A stretch of DNA of 64,000 nucleotides from Parcubacteria group bacterium Gr01-1014_31 (GCA_007376135.1 VMFR01000001.1:452360-516359), one strand, 5' to 3'. Positions 1-9,071 are shown, counted from the stretch's first letter. Notes: generated by a model not told the origin, from the sequence alone. Numbers and translations: made by a program.

Positions 1-44
1 GGCCACGACGGCGGAAGGCGGAACGAGGGACGTGCACATAGGGA

Positions 45-602
45 TCATTGCCGCAACGTGACGGTACTGGTCAAATCCAGCGACGCGTTACGGCTCGGGT
101 CGCCGCCGGGGTTCAAGGTCTGCATGGAGATCTCCAGCCGCACGCTCTCGGGGCTGCCGGGTCGCGTCATATCCGTGAACACCAGCGAAGTAACCGTTAC
201 CAGGTCACCGGTCAGAGCGACCGGGCTGCCGCCGCCGACCGCGGCGCGCAGAAAACGCACCTCCACATCGCCGCCGCCAATGCTTACCGTGGTGGTGGCC
301 GTGTCGAACAGGATATCGCGTGCCGTCCCCGGATAATCCAAGGACAGCACCCCGGGATGCACCCCGAACCTCGAGGCGCCGGTTTGCACGCCAGCTGCCC
401 CCCGCAGCTCCTCTTCCATCCTGCGCACTGCCAGATGCGCGTTCTGCTGGGCCTCCCGCAGGGCGGTGCTACTCACCTGTGCGGAAAGCACCTGCCACAG
501 CAGGTCGAACCCCGCGACCAAAACGACCGCCACCAAGGCAAGCGCCAGCGTCGCTTCCACCAGCGTGAACCCTGCACGCCGCGGCAATCGCTTAAAAATC
601 AT
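45..602 (-). CDS. prepilin-type N-terminal cleavage/methylation protein (minor pilin/pseudopilin)
   Basis: RRAG|FTLVEATLALALV class III signal peptide followed by a hydrophobic helix; lies in a pilin cluster. Confidence 0.85.
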   Translation of the reverse strand: MIFKRLPRRAGFTLVEATLALALVAVVLVAGFDLLWQVLSAQVSSTALREAQQNAHLAVRRMEEELRGAAGVQTGASRFGVHPGVLSLDYPGTARDILFDTATTTVSIGGGDVEVRFLRAAVGGGSPVALTGDLVTVTSLVFTDMTRPGSPESVRLEISMQTLNPGGDPSRNASLDLTSTVTLRQ

Positions 603-2478
603 AGAATACGCTCACGTCTTCAAGCACCGGGGCTACCGTCGGATCAAAGGTCTGCAGGTAGGCGCGTAACTGTATCCACCGCGCGCCGCTGGCTCCCGGG
701 TCAAGGGTGACGGTTTGCCCCGGGACGGTGTACGGCGCGCTGGCGGTCCCATCCACGCCGGCCCAGCGGGCGGCCGCAAGGTGGGCGGCGGTATCGGCGG
801 TGCGCAGCAGGAACTGCACCGTGCCGGTCCCTTGCCGGCTCCACTGCAGCGTGGTGTAGGCGGTCGTGCTGGTCTGGGTGTCGAACGGTGCCGACGTGAA
901 CGTGCCGCGCGGAGCAAAGGTCGCCGTCGCGCCCCCGCGGACGGCAGTTACTTCCGCCCCGTTGGCGCGCGAGATGGCGTAGGCGAACGCCCCATACGCG
1001 CATACGCTGTTGACCGTCGAAGAGCCGGCGAGATTGACGTTGCTTTGCGCCAGCGTGCCAAGATCGATGGCGACCAGTTCGCGGCTGCCAGCATCGGTCG
1101 CGACAAAGGCGTAACGCCCCTCCACCGCGACCTGCAGGGCGTTGGTGTCCAACTCCGCAACGCTCAACGGCGACGTCGGGATGGCGCCGGGCACCGTTGC
1201 ATCATAGACGTAAAACTCGGCGCCGCTGTCCTGGCGCTTGACGACGTACAACCGGTTGCCGACGGCCAGCACGTCGCTGGCATTCCCGTTGCCGCCGATG
1301 TTCAGCTGCTGCACCACGGCGTAGTCCGCCAAGCGTACGATCACGACCTCCTCGCTGTTCCCGTCGGTCGCCACATACGCGAAACGTCCGTCCGCAGAAA
1401 GCGCGACGGCGTTGCTATTAAACCCGATCTCGGCGGTACCCAATGGCGTTCCCGGCAGGCTGGCGGGTGTGGTGATATCAATGGCGAAGAATTCCGGGTC
1501 CCCGCCATCGGCATCGGTCACCAGGTAGGCGACCGTCCCGCTGGCAGTAACGTCGTTCGCATTCGCATTCGTGCCGGGCGTGTTCCAGGACGAAAGCTGA
1601 ACACCGTCGGACAACCGGGCGACCATCATTTCCTGCCCATTCTGGCTGGTCGCAAAGTAGGCGTGAGCCGCCTGCACCGCCAGTCCGTTGGCGTCCTCGC
1701 CGATCTCGGCGGTCGCCACGGCATACAGCGCGGTCGTGGTTGCGCTGATGTCGGCCAGGTCGTACCCATAGAGCTCCGGCCGACCGCTCCCGCGCGCGTC
1801 GGTCGCCACGTACAGCACGTCGGCAACCGGGTCAACGGTGCAGTCGCTGGCATCTTCGACGCCGCCGATATCGACGGTGTGCGCGCTGACTGCCGCAGCC
1901 CAGTTGCCCTCGGCCGCCAACTGTAATTCCCCGTCATCGGTGACGGTGACCTGCAGGCTGTTACGCCGGCCCGCCGTAAAATCCGCCGTAACGTCGTGCA
2001 GCCACCGCTTGAGCGACCACTGCGTCAGCAGGGTCGTGAGCGTTACCGACTGCGGCCCGCTCAGCGTCAACCAGCTGACCGCAGCGGTCACATACCGCGA
2101 CGAGGGATCTATGCTGGCGCCTGCGTCCGTCGCTTCGGCCAGCGCTCCGGTGCCGCCCGCAAGGCGGTAGACGGGCCCCACCTGGACCTTACGGGTGTAG
2201 CCGCCGACGGTTTCCTGGGTGCCGGAGAACGCCCACGCGCCGCCCCCGGCGGTCAATCCATGGTCGCCGACCGCGAGGTCGAGGAACCGATGGTCGCGGA
2301 TGCTCCGGGCCGCTTCCAACCCTTCCACGGCGAACGCCCGCGCCTGTAGCATCCTGCCCTGGCGCTGTTCATCGGTCGTTGCTCCAAGAGCGACGGTGAG
2401 AACCGCCGATGCGACCACGGTGAAAATGCCGAACGCCAGCAATGCCTCGATTGCGGAGAATCCCTTGCGCAGCGGCAT
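592..2478 (-). CDS. large pilin-like protein with C-terminal beta-propeller (LVIVD-like repeats)
   Basis: KG|FSAIEALL prepilin motif; repeated 'ANxVAV.G.YAYVAT..N..E...I.' units. Confidence 0.75.
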   Translation of the reverse strand: MPLRKGFSAIEALLAFGIFTVVASAVLTVALGATTDEQRQGRMLQARAFAVEGLEAARSIRDHRFLDLAVGDHGLTAGGGAWAFSGTQETVGGYTRKVQVGPVYRLAGGTGALAEATDAGASIDPSSRYVTAAVSWLTLSGPQSVTLTTLLTQWSLKRWLHDVTADFTAGRRNSLQVTVTDDGELQLAAEGNWAAAVSAHTVDIGGVEDASDCTVDPVADVLYVATDARGSGRPELYGYDLADISATTTALYAVATAEIGEDANGLAVQAAHAYFATSQNGQEMMVARLSDGVQLSSWNTPGTNANANDVTASGTVAYLVTDADGGDPEFFAIDITTPASLPGTPLGTAEIGFNSNAVALSADGRFAYVATDGNSEEVVIVRLADYAVVQQLNIGGNGNASDVLAVGNRLYVVKRQDSGAEFYVYDATVPGAIPTSPLSVAELDTNALQVAVEGRYAFVATDAGSRELVAIDLGTLAQSNVNLAGSSTVNSVCAYGAFAYAISRANGAEVTAVRGGATATFAPRGTFTSAPFDTQTSTTAYTTLQWSRQGTGTVQFLLRTADTAAHLAAARWAGVDGTASAPYTVPGQTVTLDPGASGARWIQLRAYLQTFDPTVAPVLEDVSVFYDF

Positions 2479-2488
2479 AGTCAGCAGG

Positions 2489-2971
2489 CTACGGCGCGTT
2501 GACCGCCCCGGCGGCGTTCACCCGCAGCTCAAAAGTCTTGCCCTCGCTACTACGCAGCGTGACGCTGCCGATGTTCCCGGTGGTTCCCCGGCCGCGCGAA
2601 AATACCACCGCATCGCCGCCCGCCACCAAAATGGCATCGTAGGCGACCGACGGCGGCAAAACCGTTACCTGGTCATACGCCGCGTCCCGGGTCGCGAAGC
2701 TCGCCCCGCGGAACAGTACGAAACGATCGCTGGCGGCATCATCAAAATGCACTCCCCAGGCGCTGGCGCCGTCGCCGGCCATGGCGCGCGCCTGCGCTTC
2801 CCGCACGACGGCGGCCAATTCCTGGGCGACGGTATCCAGCCCGCTTTGCGACTGCCAGTTGAAGAACAACGGGACGGCCAGGGCCGCCAAGGTGACCATC
2901 AGGCCCAGTACGACCAGCAGCTCAATGAAGGTAAAACCGAACGACGCTCGCAGCGGAGTCTTTGATTCCAT
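2489..2971 (-). CDS. FimT/GspH-like pseudopilin
   Basis: Start trimmed to MESKTPLRASFG|FTFIELLVVLG; 'REAQARAM', 'WGVHF' and 'F..GRG' are typical of this family. Confidence 0.85.
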   Translation of the reverse strand: MESKTPLRASFGFTFIELLVVLGLMVTLAALAVPLFFNWQSQSGLDTVAQELAAVVREAQARAMAGDGASAWGVHFDDAASDRFVLFRGASFATRDAAYDQVTVLPPSVAYDAILVAGGDAVVFSRGRGTTGNIGSVTLRSSEGKTFELRVNAAGAVNAP

Positions 2972-3059
2972 AGCGACGAAAATCGATTTGATTATACCAC
3001 AAAACCGCTGCCGCGATCCGCGGCAGCGGTTCAAGAAAGGCTTCGCGTCCAAAAAACGG

Positions 3060-4952
3060 TCAGTAGGCTTCGCACCCCAGCCTGTCGCTGGTCGGGTCAA
3101 CCCCCAAGGATGCCCCGGGGTACGGCGGCCGTGCGCCCCCCAGCAGCTGGAAACGGTTGATGAAATCCGCGTCCTTGAGATCCTTGACCCCGTCGTCGTT
3201 GGCGTCCATCGCGTCGTCGCAGTTCGGATACACGTAGCACAGCCCCTGGTTGACCTTGCACTGGAGGGAATTTGGCTGCTCGCAGCCGGGCGCGGCCGAC
3301 AGGCACGTCACGTGGTCTTTCACCGACTGTCCGTCGGCAATATCCACGCGGCCGTCGTGGTTGGCGTCGCCGCGGATGAACGCCACATCGGTGTGATTGG
3401 TATTGCCGAGGGCATACCCCGGCTGTGCCGCCGGCATCGCGTTGACCGCCTTGCTGTACGGGAACGTATACACCTGAACATTAAGCCGTCCCCGGGTGGT
3501 TCCATAATCAGAACGGAAATAATCAACGACGACTTCAAGCGTGCGGTCGCGGTTTAAATCGGCCACGGCGACACCGACGAGCGCGGAGTAGACAGGTGAT
3601 TGCCAGATCGCCACGCCGCGCTGGTCGAAAATAACGACTCGGGTCTCATCCATGCTCCCGACCGATTTTCGCACGATTGCGATCACCTCTTCGGCCGGCC
3701 CATCATCCATGTTGTGCAGTCCAACAATGGACACTCTATCTGCGGCGCCGTAACGCACCGTCAGCTGCGGCTGGCCGCTCAAAGAGAACGACTTTACGGT
3801 ATTATGGCCATCAGTGACTACTATTGCGTTGTTATGGACGACTGGGCGGCCAATTACCTCATCGTAGGTCGGCGTAATAGCGGCGACCCATAACGGGGTG
3901 CCATCCTGATCGAGGGCAACAAGCCTCCCATCGTCGTCGACATAGACCAACTCGGTATACAAATCGCTGTCGACGTTCGCCACAGCAACCTCGGACGACG
4001 CACCGCTGCGGCTCCACAGTCTTTTCCCGTTACCATCAATGACAAAGAACGTTGAGAGATTATTCGCAACGATCTGATGCCGCCGGCTTTCCACATCCTG
4101 CAGCTGAGCGGCGACGGGGGCGATCGACCCGCCGGCAAACTCCCAGATCTGCGCTCCTTCAGGGCTGAACGCCACAGTTTTCTGACGTTCAGGGTTACCA
4201 TTGGTAGCGACAACTTCCAAACGGTCATCACCGTCTAAATCCATGACGACCGGTATCAGATACGAGCCCCCCGCCGACCAAAGTTTTCGCCCGCTGGCAC
4301 CGTCCAGCGCCACCAACCCGGCATTCGTAGTGCCAAATGCGGCGTACACCACCTCCTGCGTGCCATTGCGGTCAAGGTCGGCGACCACCGGAGAACGGTA
4401 CACGGCCCGGCCGATGGCGTCCGCACGCCACAACTCACGGCCATTGGAAGAGATCACCACGAGCTCATACTGGTCGGATTCGCCCGCCAGGAGCACTTCG
4501 AGCTGTCCATCGCCGTTCACATCCGCGACCACCGGGTGCGGGGAGTACACCGAGCTGCCATCGGCACCCTGGAAAGACCACAATGGCCGAGCCACTTCCT
4601 GGCAGCTCGCGGTGCAACCCACGCCCGGCGGGTCGCACTGCTCGCTTCCCTCCACCAGACCATTGCCGCACACGGCCGTGTTCACGTTGACGTTGGTATT
4701 GCCGAAGTTGGTGATGGTGCCGTAGTTCAGCCCGCTATTCACCGCGGTTCCAAGCGAAGCCATCCGGAAACGGCCGGGATATAAGCCCTTGGCCACGTTG
4801 ACACCCAGCAGCGCCGCATAAAATCCGCCGGCCACGGGCAGCACCGTCAACGCAACGAGGGTCAAAAATGCGGTTGCGACAACTGGCTTGGTGCCGGTCT
4901 GCGTTTCCAAGAATGGACGTAGCATAAACAAAATGGTTAACCTTGGCGACAT
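3060..4952 (-). CDS. secreted FG-GAP/PQQ-like beta-propeller protein with Cys-rich repeat and C-terminal dockerin-like domain
   Basis: N-terminal TM; CGNGLVEGSEQCD; repeated 'VADxxxDGxxEV'; FIRGDANHDGRVDIAD...DANDDGVKDLKD. Start uncertain (ATG at 4925 possible). Confidence 0.7.
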   Translation of the reverse strand: MSPRLTILFMLRPFLETQTGTKPVVATAFLTLVALTVLPVAGGFYAALLGVNVAKGLYPGRFRMASLGTAVNSGLNYGTITNFGNTNVNVNTAVCGNGLVEGSEQCDPPGVGCTASCQEVARPLWSFQGADGSSVYSPHPVVADVNGDGQLEVLLAGESDQYELVVISSNGRELWRADAIGRAVYRSPVVADLDRNGTQEVVYAAFGTTNAGLVALDGASGRKLWSAGGSYLIPVVMDLDGDDRLEVVATNGNPERQKTVAFSPEGAQIWEFAGGSIAPVAAQLQDVESRRHQIVANNLSTFFVIDGNGKRLWSRSGASSEVAVANVDSDLYTELVYVDDDGRLVALDQDGTPLWVAAITPTYDEVIGRPVVHNNAIVVTDGHNTVKSFSLSGQPQLTVRYGAADRVSIVGLHNMDDGPAEEVIAIVRKSVGSMDETRVVIFDQRGVAIWQSPVYSALVGVAVADLNRDRTLEVVVDYFRSDYGTTRGRLNVQVYTFPYSKAVNAMPAAQPGYALGNTNHTDVAFIRGDANHDGRVDIADGQSVKDHVTCLSAAPGCEQPNSLQCKVNQGLCYVYPNCDDAMDANDDGVKDLKDADFINRFQLLGGARPPYPGASLGVDPTSDRLGCEAY

Positions 4953-5020
4953 TATACCACAAACCGCACCCCCCCAACTACCCCCGCGATAAACGAAAAA
5001 GACCCGGCATCACTGGGTGC

Positions 5021-5051
5021 TTTTTCCATGGCGGGGGCGGTAGGAATCGAA
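5021..5051 (-). repeat. 31-bp direct repeat of tRNA-Trp 3' end (att-like)
   Basis: tttttccatggcgggggcggtaggaatcgaa is identical at 5021-5051 and 5227-5257. Confidence 0.9.
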
Positions 5052-5203
5052 GTCGTCGATCCAATAGATCTTCTCCTCATAGGGGCTTCCGCCCCTCTGG
5101 CGTTCGTCCCGCAATAGGCGGAACGAACGGTCACCCCCGGCAATGCGAGGGAGCTACGCTCCCCCGCCACCCCCCTCGTTCGATCCCTCAATTCTTTCAC
5201 GCG

Positions 5204-5231
5204 AAAAAATATCCCTTCAGGGATATTTTTT
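5204..5231. terminator. intrinsic terminator downstream of tRNA-Trp
   Basis: aaaaaatatccc-ttca-gggatatttttt perfect hairpin with A/T tails. Confidence 0.7.
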
Positions 5232-5234
5232 CCA

Positions 5235-5308
5235 TGGCGGGGGCGGTAGGAATCGAACCCACGCAAACGGTTTTGGAGACCGCTGTACTACCATTATACG
5301 ACGCCCCC
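5235..5308 (-). tRNA. tRNA-Trp (CCA)
   Basis: GGGGGCG/CGCCCCC acceptor stem, CT-CCA-AA loop, GGTTCGATTCC, encoded CCA. Confidence 0.95.
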
Positions 5309-5330
5309 GCGGCCGCTTACGCGGTCGTCC

Positions 5331-5486
5331 CTATTTGGTTTCCTTGTGCCCGGTGTGCTTGCGGCAGTGCTCGCAGTACTTGCGCAGCTGGAGACGGTTC
5401 TTCAGCGTCTTTTTGTTCTTGCGCGAGTAGTAGTTGACGCGACGACAGTCGACGCACTCGAGTTTGATGAGATTGTCTTGGCTCAT
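5331..5486 (-). CDS. rpmG: 50S ribosomal protein L33 (Zn-ribbon type); not in ORF track
   Basis: Manual translation: MSQDNLIKLECVDCRRVNYYSRKNKKTLKNRLQLRKYCEHCRKHTGHKETK. Confidence 0.95.
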   Translation of the reverse strand: MSQDNLIKLECVDCRRVNYYSRKNKKTLKNRLQLRKYCEHCRKHTGHKETK

Positions 5487-5500
5487 AAGAATCTTGGATC

Positions 5501-5572
5501 AGCTGGGGGTGGGGGTCGAACCCACAACCTATAGTTTACAAAACTATTGCTCTACCATTGAGCTACCCCAGC
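5501..5572 (-). tRNA. tRNA-Thr (TGT)
   Basis: GCTGGGGTAGCTCAATGGTAGAGC...TT-TGT-AA...GGTTCGACCCC; no encoded CCA. Confidence 0.93.
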
Positions 5573-5654
5573 AAACTCGTCTGGTGAGTGAATAGCGCGC
5601 CCGCAAGGCGTGGTTTCGTTTTGTTAAGTGCGTGTTGTGTTTACTCAAGAGGAC

Positions 5655-5741
5655 TGGTGGGCAGGCCAGGATTCGAACCTGGGTAGCCATTACGGCGCCT
5701 GATTTACAGTCAGGTGCAATTGACCGCTCTGCCACCTGCCC
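5655..5741 (-). tRNA. tRNA-Tyr (GTA)
   Basis: GGGCAGG acceptor, CT-GTA-AA loop, long variable arm, GGTTCGAATCC, CCA. Confidence 0.95.
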
Positions 5742-5744
5742 AAG

Positions 5745-5987
5745 TTAACCATGAACCGTCCTCCGGAATGCCTCGCCGCCCTTATAACTCTTTAACTGCA
5801 TTTCGCGACGGTACGCTGCGGCTTTTGTTTCAAAGAATTCCTTGTAGACCATGATCCACGGTCGCCAAGCCTTGGTCGACCGCACCTCGCCGCAGTTATG
5901 CTGACTGAGGCGTGTCCGCCAGTCTGCGGCATGACCGATGTAATGCCGGCCATTCTGGGAACTCTGCAACACATATACCCAGCTCAT
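5745..5987 (-). CDS. GIY-YIG nuclease family protein (UPF0213-like)
   Basis: WVYVL...HYIGH...RLSQHN...TK..RPW..VY.E...A..RE.QLK. Confidence 0.9.
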   Translation of the reverse strand: MSWVYVLQSSQNGRHYIGHAADWRTRLSQHNCGEVRSTKAWRPWIMVYKEFFETKAAAYRREMQLKSYKGGEAFRRTVHG

Positions 5988-6009
5988 ATGGCCCCTCATC
6001 ATTGGGGAG

Positions 6010-6099
6010 GTCGGGTGCAATTTCCCGCCACCGAAATTTTCTTACCTAAGGTAGGCGGGACCCCGCCGAAGGCGGTGGGACCGCTCTGCCACCTGCCCA
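6010..6099 (-). pseudogene. degenerate 5' fragment of tRNA-Tyr interrupted by a 56-bp palindromic insert
   Basis: 6079-6099 = 5722-5742 (21/21) and 6010-6022 ~ 5709-5721 (12/13); insert 6023-6078 has tcccgcc/ggcggga and ccgcc-gaa-ggcgg hairpins. Confidence 0.8.
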
Positions 6100-6155
6100 C
6101 GGCGTGTGGTGGTAAAAGTACAGCGTCGGAGGGTTCCCCTCCGCCACTCGACTGA

Positions 6156-6195
6156 AGCCGTTGGTCGGATCTGAACCGGCGACCTACTCCTTACC
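6156..6195 (-). pseudogene. degenerate 3' half of tRNA-Thr(GGT)
   Basis: agccgttggtcggatctgaaccggcgacctactccttacc is a near-identical copy of 6226-6265. Confidence 0.8.
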
Positions 6196-6225
6196 CATAC
6201 TAGCACACCCCCCTGCCATCGCCTT

Positions 6226-6298
6226 AGCCGTTGGTCGGATTCGAACCGACGACCTACTCCTTACCATGGAGTTGCTCTACCAACTGAGCTACAACGGC
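6226..6298 (-). tRNA. tRNA-Thr (GGT)
   Basis: GCCGTTGTAGCTCAGTTGGTAGAGC...AT-GGT-AA...GGTTCGAATCC; no encoded CCA. Confidence 0.95.
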
Positions 6299-6315
6299 TT
6301 AGGTAATGGCAGGGA

Positions 6316-6375
6316 GAGTTGTCTCCCTGCGGGAGATCACCCGAAGGGTGACTCTGCCAGCTGAGCTCCAACGGC
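6316..6375 (-). pseudogene. degenerate 5' half of tRNA-Thr(GGT) with 30-bp double-hairpin insert
   Basis: 6352-6375 ctctgccagctgagctccaacggc ~ 6275-6298; insert 6322-6351 is tctccc-tgc-gggaga plus tcaccc-gaa-gggtga. Confidence 0.75.
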
Positions 6376-6419
6376 ACTGGACGACTGGCGGGGTCGGGAG
6401 GACAAAAAAGACTCCTGGA

Positions 6420-7256
6420 TTAGCGGAGCTCATCGATCTGCTGGCGCAAATCCTGGAGCTTGGCATTGTCCGGGTCGGCTGCCTTCAGCGCCTGCCAGGT
6501 CTTGTCGGCCAACGATCGGTCTTTCACTAGAATACTGATTTTTAGCAAAAAGTCAAGCATTCGCGGGTTGTCCGCATCGGCCGCCACGGCCTTCCTTGCA
6601 TTCTGCAGCGCCTGCGCCAGCTGCCCCAGTTCCTGGAACACCATGGCGAGATTCTGGTAGCACGCGGCCAGGCGCTGGGCCTGTCCCGCCTCCTTGGGCT
6701 GTACGGCCGCCAGGCGGCTGGCGCCGCGGCGCAGAAGTTTAACCAGGTAGGTGAACACCTCGCGCGCCTTGGCGAATTCCTTGGTCTCCAGATAAAGGTC
6801 GCCCAGCATTTCGTAGGCAGCAACATGGTGCTGGTTCAAGCCGATGGCCTTGATCAGGTGGTCTTCCGCCGCCGCGAAATCACCGCCTGAGCGCAGGCGC
6901 TGTGCATCCTGGATCAAGGCGGCAAGCGTACCGGTCAGGTCGCCGCTCGGCACCGGTTCGGGTTTGGGGCGCTGGTAACGCTGCTCCAGGTCCAATATCC
7001 GCCGGTACCTGCGCTTGACGAACCGCAGCAGGGCGGAAACGACCGGACGGCAAACGGCGGAAAGCCAGCGGCCAAACCCCTGCAACCGACGCCGCAGACG
7101 GTCGGCCAATAACCGCTGCTTCAGACGCAGTTCGCGTTCCGCCGGGATGGACGCGACATCCACACTCCTGGCCTGCGGGAGCTTGCGGCCCATGATCAAC
7201 AACACCACGGTCACGCTGACCAACAGCACGAAGATCGGAATGAGATCGTAGGCCAT
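6420..7256 (-). CDS. membrane-anchored tetratricopeptide repeat protein
   Basis: N-terminal TM helix; TPR-like 'AYEMLGDLY...A...F' and 'CYQNLAMVF.ELG...AL..A.KA'. Confidence 0.75.
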   Translation of the reverse strand: MAYDLIPIFVLLVSVTVVLLIMGRKLPQARSVDVASIPAERELRLKQRLLADRLRRRLQGFGRWLSAVCRPVVSALLRFVKRRYRRILDLEQRYQRPKPEPVPSGDLTGTLAALIQDAQRLRSGGDFAAAEDHLIKAIGLNQHHVAAYEMLGDLYLETKEFAKAREVFTYLVKLLRRGASRLAAVQPKEAGQAQRLAACYQNLAMVFQELGQLAQALQNARKAVAADADNPRMLDFLLKISILVKDRSLADKTWQALKAADPDNAKLQDLRQQIDELR

Positions 7257-7315
7257 ACTTGCCGAAGTAACAAAATCGAGCGGCTCCCCTCCGCGCCGCC
7301 CCCAAGGGGCTTTCT

Positions 7316-8197
7316 CTAGCGGGATCTCGACACTGCCCGCCCGGCGCTGCCGAACACCTTTAATTTCCCTTCCACCACACGCTGCACGGCGAGCGTCGCC
7401 GGACCCAGGTAGGTACGAAGATCATACTGGCCGCGCTGCTTCCCCAGCGTGCGCCGCAACGACTGGGTAAACGCGATCCTCAACTCGGTATCCACGTTGA
7501 TGATGCGAATACCCCGCCGGACAGCGGCGCGGATCTGTACGGGCGCGACGCCCGATCCGCCGTGCAACACTAGGGGTACCTTGGCGACTTTAGCAATGGC
7601 CGAGATCCGCGGCAGGTCCAGCCGTTCACGGCCGCGGAACGCCCCGTGCAGGGTGCCCACCGACACCGCCAGTGTGTCCACGCCGGTCGCGCGCAGATAT
7701 TCGGCCACACCCGCGGGGTCGGTCAGATATTGGCGCGCTGCGGCAACGCCGCGCAATTTCGTCAGACCCTCCTTGCCGAAGATCACGCCCAGCTCGCCCT
7801 GCACCCACACCCCGGCCCGATGGGCGTAATCAACGGCCTGGTGGGTAGCGGCGATATTGTTCTCCAGCGGCTGCTCGCTGGCGTCGATATGCACGGAAGA
7901 AAACCCGGCATCCACGCACTCGCGTACCGCGGCGAAACTGCGGCCATGGTCGAAATGCAACGCTACCGGCACGTCCCCACCGACATGCCGAGAAACCGTC
8001 CGGATGACATCCGCGATCGGTTTGAGCTCGGCGTACTTGATGGTCTTTTCGGAGATCTGCACGATAACCGGCGACCGCAGATTGACGGCGGCGCGCACGA
8101 TCGCCAACGTCACCTCAAGGTTGACGGTATTGAACGCGCCCACGGCGTAGCGGCGCCGCACGGCGTCCTGCATGATGTCCTTAAGCGGTACCAGCAT
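7316..8197 (-). CDS. fba: class II fructose-bisphosphate aldolase
   Basis: YAVGAFN, LHFDHG, LAVSVGTLHG, PLVLHGGSG, INVDTE; start trimmed to MLVPLK. Confidence 0.92.
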   Translation of the reverse strand: MLVPLKDIMQDAVRRRYAVGAFNTVNLEVTLAIVRAAVNLRSPVIVQISEKTIKYAELKPIADVIRTVSRHVGGDVPVALHFDHGRSFAAVRECVDAGFSSVHIDASEQPLENNIAATHQAVDYAHRAGVWVQGELGVIFGKEGLTKLRGVAAARQYLTDPAGVAEYLRATGVDTLAVSVGTLHGAFRGRERLDLPRISAIAKVAKVPLVLHGGSGVAPVQIRAAVRRGIRIINVDTELRIAFTQSLRRTLGKQRGQYDLRTYLGPATLAVQRVVEGKLKVFGSAGRAVSRSR

Positions 8198-8198
8198 A

Positions 8199-8301
8199 CC
8201 CAGTAAGACAACGGTCACCGCGTGACCTTTTCGTTATCTCTCGTAAAGTTATTCGCATATGGTTATATCACCGTGTTCGATCTGTCCGTTGTCCTACTGG
8301 G
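8199..8301. mobile_element. ~103-bp MITE-like element, copy 1
   Basis: TIR cccagtaagacaacgg / ccgttgtcctactggg (15/16); flanks cata/catg. Confidence 0.75.
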
Positions 8302-9069
8302 CATGGGGTTGAGGGCGGCGGAAATGACCGCCAAGAACGTTGCGGCGTCCAAACTCGCGCTGCCCACCAGCACGCCGTGCAGGGTCGGCAGCTGCGTGAA
8401 CGACGCCACGTTGCTTGGATTGACGCTGCCGCCGTACACGATCTGCACCGAGCGCTGCAGCACGGCCGCGCCGTACAGGTCAATGATGATGTGCCGAATG
8501 ACCTCGGATGCGTACTGGACTTCGTCCGGGGTCGCCTCAATGCCGGTACCACCGGTGCTGATCGCCCACACCGGTTCGTAGGCGACCACCAACCGGTCGT
8601 CCGGCCCAAGCGTTACCCCTTGCAGCGCCGCCTGCAGTTGGCGGATGAGCACGTAATCTTTTTGGCTGCCGGAACGCTCCTGGTAATTTTCCCCAATACA
8701 CAGCACCGGCGTCAGCCCCGTACGCAGGGCCGCCTCCAGTTTCCGGTGCACCTGCCCGTCGGTTTCCTGCATGTGTTCCCGGCGCTCGGAATGCCCCAAA
8801 ATGACATACTGACAGTCCAGCTGGCGCAGATCGGCCGGCGAAACCTCGCCGGTGAATGCGCCCTGCGTTTCCCAAAAACAATCCTGCGCGCCAAGACGCA
8901 ACGTGCTGCCCTTCACGGCTGCCGCCACGTGCGCCAAGCTCAAGAACGTCGGGCACAAAACGACCTCAGTGCCCTGCGGCAAGTGCCGCGCGGACTTCAC
9001 CATCGCCTGCGCCAGCGCGACACTCTGCAGGACGTCCAATTTCATTTTCCAATTCGCGATGGCTAGCAT
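8263..9069 (-). CDS. tpiA: triosephosphate isomerase
   Basis: IANWKM, GAFTGEVS, ILGHSERR, AYEPVWAI, YGGSV, GVLVGSASL; start trimmed to MLAIANWK. Confidence 0.95.
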   Translation of the reverse strand: MLAIANWKMKLDVLQSVALAQAMVKSARHLPQGTEVVLCPTFLSLAHVAAAVKGSTLRLGAQDCFWETQGAFTGEVSPADLRQLDCQYVILGHSERREHMQETDGQVHRKLEAALRTGLTPVLCIGENYQERSGSQKDYVLIRQLQAALQGVTLGPDDRLVVAYEPVWAISTGGTGIEATPDEVQYASEVIRHIIIDLYGAAVLQRSVQIVYGGSVNPSNVASFTQLPTLHGVLVGSASLDAATFLAVISAALNPMPSRTTDRSNTVI

Positions 9070-9071
9070 AC

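Noticed and set aside
4952-6375. CRISPR array or protein-coding ORFs in the tRNA region (4952-5266, 5544-5735, 6161-6364)
   Set aside because: The repeats are tRNA fragments occurring only twice with irregular spacing, and the ORFs overlap tRNAs and hairpins.
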